The notes under the pieces: generated by a model
Seen by the model: the letters and a program-made list of their open reading frames with translations, nothing else
Told to the model about the DNA's origin: nothing
Database searches by the model: none
Shown here: positions 37,524-51,500 of the stretch, piece after piece
Numbering within the stretch: position 1 is the first letter of the stretch
Layout: the number at the start of each line of letters is the position of its first letter
Position numbers and translations under genes: made by a program
NCBI GenBank assembly: GCA_964035545.1
Contig: OZ037765.1
Span: 310,001-374,000, forward strand
Length of the DNA stretch: 64,000 bases
Direction of reading: 5' to 3'
Origin: Bugula neritina
Lineage: Eukaryota; Animalia; Bryozoa

Positions 37524-40500
37524 TTTTTTAATTGTTATCAACCAGTAGCTGATAGAGTATTAACGGCTTCTAACAAGGAAACACAAACACATGCAAACAT
37601 ACATACATACAGACAACTAAGGTGTACTATAGAGTGAAAGCACCCAACAAGTACCTGTTGGTGTATAGTAACTCTTCACAAACTGCTCCAACTCATTGAT
37701 ATTCTCAGCAGACAGCTGATAACCTGTGATGAGAAAGAGAACAAGTAACACACAATATTCACAATGTCAGCATGGTAATAGATAGACTGATTCTTCAGCA
37801 TTCAACTCACTAACACAACACTGCTGCCAAGAGGTACTTTAAAACCTGCAATTCTATATCTTAGTTGCCATATTTCAATATGTAACACAAATTAACACGT
37901 TTTATAGTTTTAAGTTTGCATAATCCAGACTCCAACCAGTTTAAGCTTCATATACTAATAAGTTAACCATGTATATAAAGACAAGCTACAATTTGATTGG
38001 TTTTCAATACTATTGTTTATACGTGGTCAGTATAGAGATATTAATCGGAAACATCAAATGACCAGCTAACTGCTAACACATTTATATAATATGGCTCAAA
38101 CAGGAAATAAGTTTCTACTAACAAGGATGTAAGAGACATGCTGGAACATTCTTGTACTTTCCGCACTCTTTAGATTTTGACTCAGCCACTGTGTGAAGAG
38201 GTTTATCTTTTTCGGGAGGTTGACACCAGCTTGGATTGATTTGTTGCTTTGGCCGCTTTTCTTCAACCAATGAGCAGTGAGTACAGGTATTGGTACATGT
38301 AATCTTACTTGCTCTCCATGTAGAGTTGACGTATTTCACTGTTGACTGAGTGGCAGAGGTCAACATTTTCCAAGCTCTACATATCTTCTGGCAGCTGGTT
38401 GCAACGGAAATGGTGAGTTTACGAGACTTGTAGTCGTGGAGCAGCTGTAGAATGCTATCATCGTCTGCCATCTCCACGCCGTTCTTTCTCACCATTTTTT
38501 CTGTACAGTTTTGGTAATCATTGAGAAGTTTCACTGAAATCTGGTGGTAGACATACTGGGGGAGGGGCAGCCCATCAAACGCCATGTCTACTGTTAGTTT
38601 CACAGGCTTTCTCTTGCAGGCAGTCAGGTTTGTAAGATAGTCCTGAGAGAAATATGGCATAGCATAGGTTGAGGTACCAGACGCATCATCCATCTTGAAT
38701 AGCAACTGAAAAGAGCTCAGTAATGTGACTGCCACGCCCATTTTTTCACTGCTGGTAAAGCTTGTTTCAGAAATCAAAAGATGTTGCAGCAGTTTCTCTC
38801 TCATCATCCCAGTTTGAAGAAACTCCTGGGCTAAGTCATTAAACTCAACGTCACAGTCAATCAGGAAGTCAACCAGAGTATCTTCTGTAATCTCTAACTG
38901 CCGCTTAGTCCACACTTCCTTCTCGTGAGTAAACAGCACATGAAGCAGTTCGGTTACCACAGATACGTCATAGAATATCAAAGTCTCCAGAATTTTCTTC
39001 TCTCGGTACCAAATGATATGACCACTGTTGTGTAGATAAGCCAGGATCGCTTTGAGTTGGTCTTCATCTGCTGATTTGTGTCGAGTGACCAGTTCAAGAA
39101 CTTCTCGAAATGTTTCGTAGCTTCCTTGGAGACTGCTGAGTGTCTGTGCGACATTCTTCCAGAGACTCGGCACTTTCTTCACAACTTGCTGACTCTCAGA
39201 GATGATCTGACTTCTCAAATCATCAAACACTGCCTCATACTCTGCTCCGACCACATAAACATCCTCCTTTCTAAACATCACATCATTCTTGAAATGACAA
39301 ATTTCTGCAAAACTTTTCCCTGGCCAGGCTGATGATTTTTCTTCCAGTCGTATCAGTTTAAGGACACTTTCAGTAGCTAAAAAGAAGTATGCCTTGAGCT
39401 CCTCAAATGCATCTTCACTGTAAGAATCTCGATGGGTAAAAACCAGTTTGGGAGCTCTAAGCTCCGGATTTGCCAGGTAGAGGTGTGACAGCCAATCAAA
39501 GTAGGCACAGCGGACAGCTTCATTTCCTCTCACCTTCAGATGCAACTCTTCAAATTTCTTCATACTTACAACAACAATGGGAATACAGTTTTGTTTGAGA
39601 GTGAACTGGTACGTAGATTGATATATTTCATTTCCGCCAAAGTCAATAAACTGAAGAGTGTTCTCCCCCACAGAGAGTTTCTCTATCCTAAACACCCTGG
39701 TGGTTTCATCTACTGCGGCATCAGCATCTCTATTGGTCAACTCTCTCACGCCATCCGATCTCAGAAGTGTTTTGATCAAACTAGTTTTCCCTGACATCGA
39801 ACAACCAATCACAGCGACAGTAGCTTCTGAGACGTCCAAGGAGCCACCAGACTGGATATCCTTGTAATACTGTTTGACAGCTTTAATTCCTTCTATACAA
39901 ACAGCATAAGGTGGGGATACGAGTGATTCACATCTCTCACAGCTCAGAGATGTGAGATTCTCCATATTCAGGAGTTCTGGGGTGTGTGATGTCATATGGC
40001 GGTTATTTGTCAGGTCAAGAGACTGGAGATTGGTCAACTGACTCAAGCTAAAAAGTAAACATATATATAACATAGTTCTAAACCAGGTTTTGATGATTTA
40101 ATCATACATATTTTAGTTATAGCGGAAAGTTGAGCTAGTTGAGCCATGGCGCTAGTAAATGGTTGAAATATATGGTTTAAACTTTCTCTTTTAAATCATT
40201 GCACCATTTTATCTCCTCTACTTAAGAGTGTTTTAGGTTAACTACCAGACATATGGAAGTATATGAAATCAAAACAAAAGCTTTCAGGTGCGCGAGTATT
40301 TGTCACAATTTTGCATAAAACATGAGAAAACTGCAGATGAGTTTTGATACAAAATAGAATTAATATTATTGCCAAGAGGATGTAAATCCAAAACGCAGGA
40401 CAATATTTATAATGTTGTAAAACAGCAACTATTGGTGCTAGTGAGGAAAGATTAAGAGTTGTGTTCTCTCAGTGTGTTCCTCTCGCCAGTAGATTATACT

Positions 40501-43426
40501 GTCATTGAATTGAAATACAAACCACTACTATTTCCATAATTAGCAGATATTTTCATTACAAGTTAATATAATATATTAGATAAATATATTCAAATGACTC
40601 ACCTGTCTGGTAATGTCTCTAAGTTATTCCAAGACACATCTAATGTGTGTAGCTGTGTGATTTGAGAGATGCTGTAATATATAATATAGTCAAGTATATG
40701 ATACAGTATATGTAGAATTATATTATAAACAGGATCTTTATATCTATATATTATAGCTATACAACTAGAGATAACTTGACCTAAATAATAGATACAAATG
40801 TAATATATTTATAACCTTGTTAACATTTTAGAATATATCCAAATCATTAGAGCAATTATATTAAATGACTGCTGCCATTATTACTGCTGCTGTTGCTATA
40901 AGTTACAGACTGCAGACTGAAGAATAATTTAGTTGAATATTTTATCATTATTTGAATATCAACTTATTTTATCTCCATTATATTATACATATACTCAGTT
41001 TATACTATTATATAATACAATTAAGTTAGATGAAAACATGACTATAACCACAGTTACCAGTACAGTTATGACTCTACAGTTACCACTGTTGCTGGGTAAT
41101 GCATTATGATATTATTAAAAATATCTATAGTGAAAGTTAATATAATAATAGTAGATATATAACTCACTCATCTGGTAATGTCTCTAATTTACAGTAACTC
41201 AGATACAACTTTCTAAGTGACTTCATCTTCAACAGTACGTCTGGTAATGTCTTCAAGTTATTCCCAGACACATATAATGTGTGTAGCTGTGTGAGTTGAG
41301 AGATGCTATAATATACAATATAGTCAAGTATATGATACAGTATGTAGGCCTATATACATGTTATATACAGTATCTTTATATCTACATATTACATAATTAT
41401 TATACCCAGGTAAACATAATGTAACTAAACCAACACTATTTACAAGTACATATAATATATTAGACAAATATGACTCACCTGTCTGGTAATGTCTCTAAGT
41501 TATTCCGAGACACATTTAATGTGTCTAGCTGTGTAAGTTGAGAGATGCTGTAATATACAATATAGTCAAGTATATGATACAGTATGTAGGCCTATATACA
41601 TGTTATATACAGGATCTTTATATAATATCTACATGTTACATAATTATTATACACAGGTAAACATAATATAACTAAACAAACACTATTTACAAGTTAATAT
41701 AGTATATTAGACAAATATGACTCACCTGTCTGGTAATGTCTCTAACTTATTCCCAGACACATCTAATGTGTGTAGCTGTGTGAGTTGAGAGATGCTGTAA
41801 TATACAATATAGTCAAGTATATGATGCAGTATATAGGCTATATATGTTATATACAGTACCTTTATATCTACATAATTATTATACACAGGTAAACATAATG
41901 TAACTAAACTAACAATGTATTTCCAACTAAATATAGTATATATTAGATAAATATGACTCACCTGTCTGGTAACGTCTTTAAGTTATTCCCATACACATAT
42001 AATGTGTGTAGCTGTGTGAGTTGAGAGATGCTGTAATATACAAACAATGAGATTAATGAGATATTACATACCAATGAGGTCATTGTCACACATGACATTA
42101 GGTTTAACAAAAAATATATTTAGTAGAAGAGTTAATATAATAATAGTAGATATATAACTCACTCATCTGGTAATGTTTCTAGTTTACAGAAACTCATATT
42201 CAACTCTCTAAGTGACTTCATCTTCAACAATACATCTGGTAATGTCTTTAAGTTATTCCCTAACACATTTAATGTGTGTAGCTGTGTGAGCTGAGAGATG
42301 CTGTAATATACAAACAATGAGATTAATGAGATATTATATACCAATGAGGTCATTGTCACACTTGACATTAGGTTGAGGTATATTTACTCAAGTCACTTTA
42401 GAGTTACACTATACTATATACTATAGAAAGTGCTACTATATCCATCTAGTAGAGCTATATACTAGCAGCAGGTAGAGAGTATACAGCTGAGGTGTAAAGC
42501 AATGTTATACAGTACTATTACCTGGGCTACAATTTTCAGAGTGTTGTAGAGTTGTCTTACCCACAGTGATGCTGTATGAAAAGATTAGCACATGTGAGAG
42601 GAGGAATATGATAGGCTGATGTGATGTGTGACTGACCAATCAGAGCTTACAGTGAACAGTCAACAAAGATCAACAGGGTGAAGGAAGGACATGTAAGGGA
42701 CTTAGGCTACAATCACTATCCGAACAGGGCAGAGTAGAGATAGGTGAGGATTAACAGGTCATATAGGGTAGGTGAAAATTAATGGGTAGGAAAACATGTC
42801 AACACCAGTTTGGAGTTGTCACACAACTGGAGTGGATATGGACTTACTAGTCTAAACTTCTTGGATCTTTTATTCCTTCGATACACAAGTTAGTTACAAG
42901 TGGAGCAAACTCCTTGATAGTAGAAGGTACATCTCCCTTTATCTTCAAGTGTGTGATCACATGACCTGCAGTTGAAGCCATAATCTCTTCCTTCGTGTAC
43001 AGCTGTGTCTCTTGGTTATACAACTCTCTCTTACTCTCAATTGGTTCCATACCAGAGTGTCTCCACCAACAGTCGTATTTTTCTGCAAAACTCAGTGTCA
43101 CATGTCACACATGTCACACGTGTCACATGTCACAGTATACATACAGCACATATATATCATGATACATCTGACATACAGTAACCTGGCAGGCTGCTACTCC
43201 ACATTGTAACTAATACTAAGTATAAATACCTGGAGGTGCACCTGCTGCCACCTGTCCATCCCCTGAACCACCTGCTGACTCGTCAGCCATCTTGTCTCCT
43301 TCCCCAAGTGCTACTCTGAAAGACAAGTTATACTCAGGTGTAGGTGTGGTGAGAGAGTGACCTATTTGTATACATGTATATTCACAGAGAACTGAGAGAG
43401 AGAGATAGAGGGCAATAGAACAAGCT

Positions 43427-43440
43427 GTTACCATAGCAAC
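43427..43440. promoter_or_regulatory. RFX X-box-like motif GTTACCATAGCAAC (also 56342-56355)
   Basis: Matches the GTNRCC-N(0-3)-RGYAAC consensus and is retained in both copies upstream of the first coding exon. Confidence 0.35.
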
Positions 43441-45586
43441 TGTGTAAACTATACCAACACCTGAGCACTTAATATCAGTTACTATGAGGTTAGCCTGTAA
43501 CTACATAACAAGATACTAGAAGGGTGGTTTTTTAGGAGCCCTTACTAAGCACACAATACTAACCACATTGAAAATTCAGTATGCATTGTATTCTGGGGAA
43601 GGCCGAAGGCCCATTGCTCAGTTAGTGCATTAGTCGAAAATTAGTAGAAACATGATATAGTTAAAGGCATCCTCACTGAGAATATTATAAATTTCACTCA
43701 CAATCTAGTTTAAGTTCTTGTTATATTATTGCTCTGTTATAGGTGGCATGCGTGTTGCCTACTTGTGATTGTTTAGCCTGAGACTACACTATGATTATTA
43801 GCAGCTGCCTCAATTAAGGGCTGCATCATCTATCAACATCCCATTATGGCTGCTTTATAAACTAAGTACACAGCAAGCTATTCTCTAGCCTGTCAACTAG
43901 CAAGCCTGTAATTAGTAATATATGCATTAGTATCTTCTCATCTCCAAGTGTTCACTGAAGCATGAAGTGTTGTGCAAGGGTGGTTTAATTAGTATTTTTA
44001 TTTCACAGTTCATATAAAAATGACAGCTATAGGCAATGAACTCAAAATATCCAGTTCAATGGCTATATAGTGACTGCAATTCTATTCTAGCTACAGCCAG
44101 TCAGCTTATATAGGCCCTTCATATGTTGACTATTAACTGAAAAACTAAAGTAAAAAATATTAAAGCCAAGCAAACATTTTGGGTCTACTGTACTGTATTT
44201 ATGATAAGCTTGGTGAAAGTTTACCTCATAGTTTATAAAAAATAGTTTGCATTTGAAGTTGGCGTCAAAAAATTATTGGTATTGAATAAAATAGTAAATT
44301 TCTGGCTTGGCAGTTAATTATTTGATATCACATATTTAATCTCTAAAATTATCTGTAAGCTGCTAAACTGCATTAGTCTATGATATTATTCTTAATATCA
44401 GTAAATACAAGCATTGAAGACAAAGAATAATAAACATCTTGGACGCTACTCTAAAATTAAATAACCAAAGCTGCACAACTTACACCAAACCAAACAACTC
44501 CACAAGATATGTAGATCAGGGCAACATTATTAGTATATAAGAGCTCATGCAGACCCACCAAATAAAACCTCACCTATAAACTAAAATTTAAAAACCATGT
44601 TGTAGATCTTCCTGTTGCTCAGAGCAACTTTTTGAAATGTTCAATAAATAATTTTAATTCTAATAATAATTCTACTAATTTTCAGACCAATGCACCTTCG
44701 GAATATTGCTCCGTCCCCCTGCAATAAACTGCTACCAACTTTCTTACTGTCCCCACACTCTATTCTATCAAATTTCAAAGTTAACTGACTCCTTGATAAA
44801 CAAACAGTATGTCACAACAGTTACATAGCACTTTGAAAATCACAACACAATTACTTTGACAGCATAATTGTATCGCTACAACATTCCACAATATAAGGCT
44901 ACTAGAAGGTATAAATTATGGGATAATATAAACATAGCTTTAGTAAACAGATACAAACATTACAGAGACTTACCTGTTACCTGAATAAATATTTCTCTTC
45001 TGGTAAAATATATTCACCACCAAGATGAAGGAAAGAGAAGTATTTCAGTACTAGGTAGTAGTAGAGTTACACAGTCAAGTCAGGTCTCTTGAGAGATGCC
45101 ACCTTTACTATGCATTACTTATTTAAATAATGGTTAATAGACAGCCACTAAACTACAACTATAACTTACATACTATAAGGAAGTTTCAGTTCGTTGTAGA
45201 CAACATATTAATCAGGAACTCACACTGCGTGACGGAATGTTAGCAGATGGAATGTTGGCACAAAGGGTTAAAGGTCATATATTACTCAGTCTAGGCGAAG
45301 CCTTTGAAAATCAATCTATCAGCAGCTGCAGGCACCTCTTCTGATTGGTAAAGTCAATGAAGTGGAACTGAAAATATTCCTAGTTCAGTGGGTAGAGTTG
45401 TGCTTCCCTAAAAACATAGCTTAAGTGTTTGATAAATTGTCAAGTGCTTTTAAATGCTGGCATAATTTTTGCATCATTCCAATGACGAGTTGATTAAGGA
45501 CACATCAGCTATACCAGAGACCTGTGTGAAGGACCTGAGCTAAATTTAGAGTGAATCAACTCTCATTCTATGTAGATGTCTTGCAG

Positions 45587-46236
45587 GAAAAAGATGGGAA
45601 AACTGTGACTAGAAAAGAGAAGACAACTCATATTTCTATACACACAGTTCACCTTGATGGACTGAGAGAGGTGTATAGGCATTTCCTAGTAGCAGAAAAT
45701 GGGGCCATAGTGGAGGTACAGAAATATATATTTATATATAAATTATATATTGTCTTATGTGATCATGACCATTGGATATTATGTATATTATATATTAATA
45801 GAGTAGATATAATGTATATATTATATATTGATAGAGTATTTGTAATGCAGGTATTTGGTGAACAAGCTGTAACACAGTTGGAAGGGCGTACCAAAACACC
45901 CTTACCTAAGCAATCCAACTTTGGTTCCCAGCTAAGCATTCATAAGGTATATACTGAAATACTTACTTACTGAAGGTATTGTCAACAAAGTTCCAACATA
46001 CTAGAGGAATTGTCTGCTCTATTCAACAGGAATATTCACACTCAGTAGTACCAGACATCACACTTATGTGAATGAGTCATTCCCAGTCATTACTTGTACT
46101 ATTGTAGGTCAAAGGTCGACGTACTGTGCTTACTAGAGCAGGATTTAGAGAGGACACAACTCTAACAAGTGACACACTGGAGAGCAGACAATCCCCAGAT
46201 AGTAAAGAAGACACATTACAACAGACTAATAATTAG
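45587..46236 (+). pseudogene. Duplicated last three exons of the OFCC1-like gene (orphan fragment or alternative 3' end)
   Basis: EKDGKTVTRKEKTTHISIHTVHLDG.., VFGEQAVTQLEG.. and VKGRRTVLTRAG..QTNN*, with intact splice sites and frames; no upstream exons were duplicated. Confidence 0.8.
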
Positions 46237-47096
46237 ACAACTTTCCTATTTTTATATTCATAATAATTATTATACAATACATGTATTTTATATTCATATA
46301 ATTATTATATAATACATGTATTTTATAATCATAATAAATATTATATAATACATGTATTTTTATTATGAAATTTAGATACAATAAAATATTTACTAATTTT
46401 CTTATAATATTATTTAAACTTGTGTTTTTACCTGTTTAAATCTCACACCTGCATGTCATAATATTTTTACAATAAAACTCGTATGATATTTATCAGATGT
46501 TTAATATCTATTTCTATTACTACTTTATTCTGAATACCAGAGATATAATATTTCTATATAAAACTTATGACTAAGAATTCTATAAATAGAGGCAAACCCT
46601 TTCACCTGATATGTAATTTTACTAAAATAGACATATCATTGCCCTGTGCACTGCTTCTGCCGTATATTTTTTATTCGATGAGTCTTACTTCCTGTTTAAC
46701 AGGAAGTTGCTGATATGATTGAAAGTATATTTTCAATCTGCACCTCATAGTCATCAGAATAAAGATTAATAATTTATTACCTAATAATAGTAATATTAGG
46801 AAAATGAAGGTAGAAGTGTAGCTGGCCACATTAGTACAATAACTATAATATACATTTAACAGGTTAACAATAATATAATACCAACAGCTGATGTGATGGG
46901 TGCCAGTAGAAATAGCACAGGTAGAGATGACCCAAATGGAGAAGTATGTAAAATGGTGCATTTTCATTATGGGGGCTTTGGGTGGAGGGTTTGAGGCAAA
47001 TTTAACATCAGTGTGACATTTTTAAATACTTTTCCATTTATGCCATTTGTATCTAAAATTGATGTGATGAATAGAAGCTAATAGTGGCCACAAAGA

Positions 47097-47725
47097 AGAG
47101 GCTGTATAAGGAGAGGCTATATAAGGAGAAGCTGTGTAAGGAGAGGCTGTGTAAGGAGAGGCTGTGTAAGGAGAGGCTGTGTAAGGAGAGGTTGTGTAAG
47201 GAGAGGCTGTGTGAGGAGAGGCTGTATGAGGAGAGGCTGTGTAAAGAGAGGCTGTGTAAGGAGAGGCTGTGTAAGGAGAGGCTGTGTAAGGAGAGGCTGT
47301 GTATGGAGAGGCTGTGTAAAGAGAGGCTGTATAAGGAGAGACTGTATAAGGAGAGGCTGTATAAGGAGAGGCTGTGTAAGGAGAGGCTGTGTAAGGAGAG
47401 GCTGTGTAAAGAGAGGCTGTGTAAGGAGAGGCTGGGTAAGGAGAGGCTGTATAAGGGGAGGCTGTGTAAGGGGAGGCTGTGTAAGGGGAGGCTGTGTAAG
47501 GAGAGGCCGTGTAAGGGGAGGCTGTGTAAGGGGAGGCTGTGTAAGGAGAGGCCGTGTAAGGAGAGGCCGTATAAGGAGAGGCTGTGTAAGGAGAGGCTGT
47601 GTAAGGAGAGGCTGTGTAAGGAGAGGCTGTGTAAGGAGAGACTGTGTAAGGAGAGGCTGTGTAAGGGGAGGCTGTGTAAGGAGAGGCCGTGTAAGGAGAG
47701 GCTATACAAGGAGAGGCTGTGTAAG
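47097..47725. repeat. 15-bp minisatellite (AGGCTGTGTAAGGAG)n, copy B
   Basis: About 42 units. Confidence 0.93.
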
Positions 47726-48533
47726 CTGTTTATCTCAATGAGAGGGGAAACACAGAAAGAATATCTCCCAGAAAGAGAGTGACTAGTCTTTCTAAGGTTG
47801 GCTGGAGATAATGCTAACTGAACAGCTAATGGGACGTGCTCACACCCCACCCCTGTATCAGTTATGTATATTTAGTTCTGGTGGCAATGCTATGGAACTT
47901 TCTCAGTTGACTTGCAGAGTTTAATGAGCTAGTAGAAAGTAATATATTATATGTACCCTTTCTTTAACTGCAGTGTATTATATATAAATTGCATAGGGGA
48001 ATAAAATTACAGTTCATATTAAACTTTTTATTTATTTACCTCTTTATAAATAAATTTTTTGCCAATTGTTTTACATGTAATATATTATAATATTTTTACA
48101 CTATATTCTATGCATATATATTTTATGTAGTTTGAACCAAACTGTTGCAATAACAAAGCAGACAAGATGATTATAACATATTGATATAAAATATTGTAAT
48201 CACAGAATTATATAATGTTATAATATTACTATATAGTATCAAAATAATTATAGAATAAGATATATAGGTTCATCAGATAATATATATGATAACAGTATAC
48301 TGTATATAGTATATAGTTCATCAGATAGTATATATGATAACAGTATACTGTATATAGTATAACCAGTATAGTTCATCAGATAATATGTATGATAACAGTA
48401 TACTGTATATAGTATAACCAGTATAGTTCATCAGATAATATATATGATAACAGTAAACTGTATATAGTATAACCAGTATAGTTCATCAGATAATATATAT
48501 GATAACAGTATACTGTATATAGGATATAGTTCA

Positions 48534-51500
48534 TCAGATTCCGTGAAACTCAGGAAACAGATACAACTTCCTGTCCCTCGTCAGAGTATTCACGACTATT
48601 GGAGTCTGCGTCACGTAAAGCTCTGGCCTTCTCGCTCTGAGTTTCCCCGTTATTCTCCTCACTCTGCCCTTCACCTTCAAACAGTTCATACGTATTATAT
48701 ACTGTAGATATGTAGTATATACTGTAGATATATACTATATACTGTAGATATATACTATATACTGTAGATATATATTACATACTGTATGTATATATTATAT
48801 ACTGTAGATATATATTATATACTGTAGATATATATTATATACTGTAGATATATACTATATACTGTAGATATGTATTATATACTGTAGATATATATTACAT
48901 ACTGTAGATATATATTATATACTGTAGATATATATTATATACTGTAGATATGTATTATATACTGTAGATATATATTATATACTGTAGATATATACTATAT
49001 ACTGTAGATATATATATTATATACTACACTTACAACATGAAACAGGTCATCTAGGTCACGGTGACAAGCGTGTCTGTACAGAGTCTTCACCAGAGTTCTT
49101 ATGACTAGAGATCCGTGGTGACCAAACAATATCGCACGGCAGTCTGTTAGAATAAACAATAACATCAGTATTTACTATTTAATAACAATGAGATCATGTG
49201 ACTAGAGAGGTCATGTGACTCAAGGGATCATGTGACTTGACATATCATGTGACTAAAGAGGTCATGTGGCTAGAGAGGTTGTGTGATTGAAAAAATCATG
49301 TGACTAGAGAGGTCATGTGACTAGAGAAGTCATGTGACTCAAGGGGTCGTGTGACTGAAGAGATCATGTGACTAATTAAATAAGACTCGGATTTCTGTCA
49401 CTACAGGTAATTCTTACTTTCAAAGCAGGAGTAGAGAATGAGGAGGTCATCAACATCAAAGTTCCTCTGTCCAGTTGATGTCTCAGCTTCCTGTTGACTC
49501 TCTCTGAGAGCAGAGAGTTCTTGTGGAGGAGACGACTTTCTTTGTTGGACTTCAATAACTGGTTGACCTAGATATACAGCAGATAATTATATATAACTGG
49601 TTGACCTAGATATACAGTAGATCATTATATATAACTGGTTGACCTATATATACAGTAGATGATTGTATATAACTGGTTGACCTAGATATACAGTAGATAA
49701 TTATATATAACTGGTTGACCTAGATATACAGTAGATCATTATATATAACTGGTTGACCTAGATATACAGTAGATCATTATATATAACTGGTTGACCTAGA
49801 TATACAGTAGATTATTATATATAACTGGTTGACCTAGATATACAGTAGATTATTACATATAACTGGTGGACCTAGATATGCAGTAGATTATTATATATAA
49901 CTGGTTGACCTAGATATGCAGTAGATAATTATATATAACTGGTTGACCTAGATGTACAGTAGATAGTTATGTATAATTAGTTGACCTAGATATACAGTAG
50001 ATAATTATATATAACTGATTGACCTAGATATACAGTAGATAATTATATATAACTGGTTGACCTAGATATACAGTAGATGATCAGCAATGTGATGGAATAT
50101 ACCAGAACTAAGTGAGAGCTATAAGATATACACTAACCAACTCTACACGCTTGCATCACCACCACCTTAGGTTTACCAGCCATAGATGGAAAGTTAGCAG
50201 AGTTAAGTAACTCATAGATCTTTGACAGGCTGACAGGGCTGCTATCCACTCCAATGACAGTGCCATTAGCTCCATGTGCAAATATAAACAGGAAGAACAC
50301 ACCGTAACGGTTGTGGATCTCATCTTTTGTAACATCCACAATGCATTGCAGCATTTCCTGAAGATAAAATATCTCCAATTTGATCAAAGAGAACATCGGT
50401 GTCGCAGTTAAAGATTAACTTAGAGAAGATCTAGATGTGAAAAAATAAAGGAAAAAGGTAGAAAAGGAGTGAATTCATAGAAGGTACCTCAGCTGTGAGA
50501 TTCTCCTTTCTAACAGGTTCCAGTCCCAACTTCCTACAGAGAATGAACGTATTCTTTAGATCAATGTGAGACCCTTTCCTCTCTCCTCCTTCATCATATA
50601 TTCTGTTGTTTATAATCAGAGCTTTTCCTCTCACAGGACCTGACATATTGTAGATCTACAGATAAACAGATAAACATACATACGTATCTTCTTAAACACA
50701 CTGTGGCAGCACATGCAGGGTATTTATAAGTAACACATCCTACTATAAACACGTTAACACACATAGTATGCAGTGGAGCTGTACATAAAGCAATGTCAAT
50801 CAGAGTGATATGAACTATACAAACCTTTGATGTGTTTCTATAGAGAGATTTAATTCTTGTGTTGGTAGTCGGAGTGACTGTTAAACCAGTGAGATCTCCC
50901 TCACATGTGTCATTAAAGTCCTCTTCACTGGAGAGATCACTGAGTTCATCATCTGCTGGATGACTGGAAGTAGTTCCAAATACTCCTGTGGCACCTGTGG
51001 GTAACATATCTACAGATAGTAGTTACTTACAGGTATTACCTACAGGTAGTAGTTTCTTACAAGTATTACCTACAGATAGTAGTTACTTACAGGTATTACC
51101 TACAGTTAGTAGTTACTTACAGGTATTACCTACAGATAGTAGTTACTTACAGGTATTACCTACAGATAGTAGCTTCTTACAGGTATTTCCTACAGATAGT
51201 AGTTACTTACAGGTATTATGTACATTCTTTAATCGTTATCAACCAGTAGCCTGATAGAACATTAACAGCTTTTAGCTGTGCAAGGAAACACCTACACACA
51301 ACTAACGTATACTATAGACTGAAAGCACCTAACAAGTACCTGTTGGTGTATAGTTACTCTTCACAAACTGCTCCAACTCATTGATATTCTCAGCAGACAG
51401 CTGGTAACCTGTGATGAGAAAGAGAACAAGTAACATACAATATTCACAATGTTAGCATAGTAATAGATACACTGATTCTTCAGCATTCAACTCACAAACA

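Larger units (their letters stand above)
34116..43290 (-). pseudogene. LRR-Roc-COR-caspase gene, copy A; 1-bp frameshift before the caspase small subunit (pseudogene or truncated ~1155-aa product)
   Basis: Exons (-): 43290-43230, 43082-42848; LRR cassettes 42300-42163, 42030-41962, 41794-41726, 41547-41479, 41305-41168, 40671-40603; Roc-COR 40047-38123; 37723-37655, 37293-37124; caspase 36978-36811, 36680-36461, 35979-35831 (149 nt vs 150 in B, giving TGA at 35914-35912), 35682-35573, 34256-34116. Motifs GCSMSGKTS, DFGG, THRD; RGKALIINN, RKGS, AHG, QACRV. Confidence 0.8.
30491..43594. repeat. Tandem segmental duplication, copy A
   Basis: Collinear similarity to 45499-56509 from GACACATCAGCTATA to CAGTATGCATTGTATTCT, including introns and minisatellites. 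Confidence 0.93.

Noticed and set aside
38118-40073. Stand-alone 651-aa and 646-aa Roc-COR proteins (also 51803-53743)
   Set aside because: The ORF starts are intronic or non-ATG and the stops lie within GTTAGT donors; these are internal exons of the larger gene.
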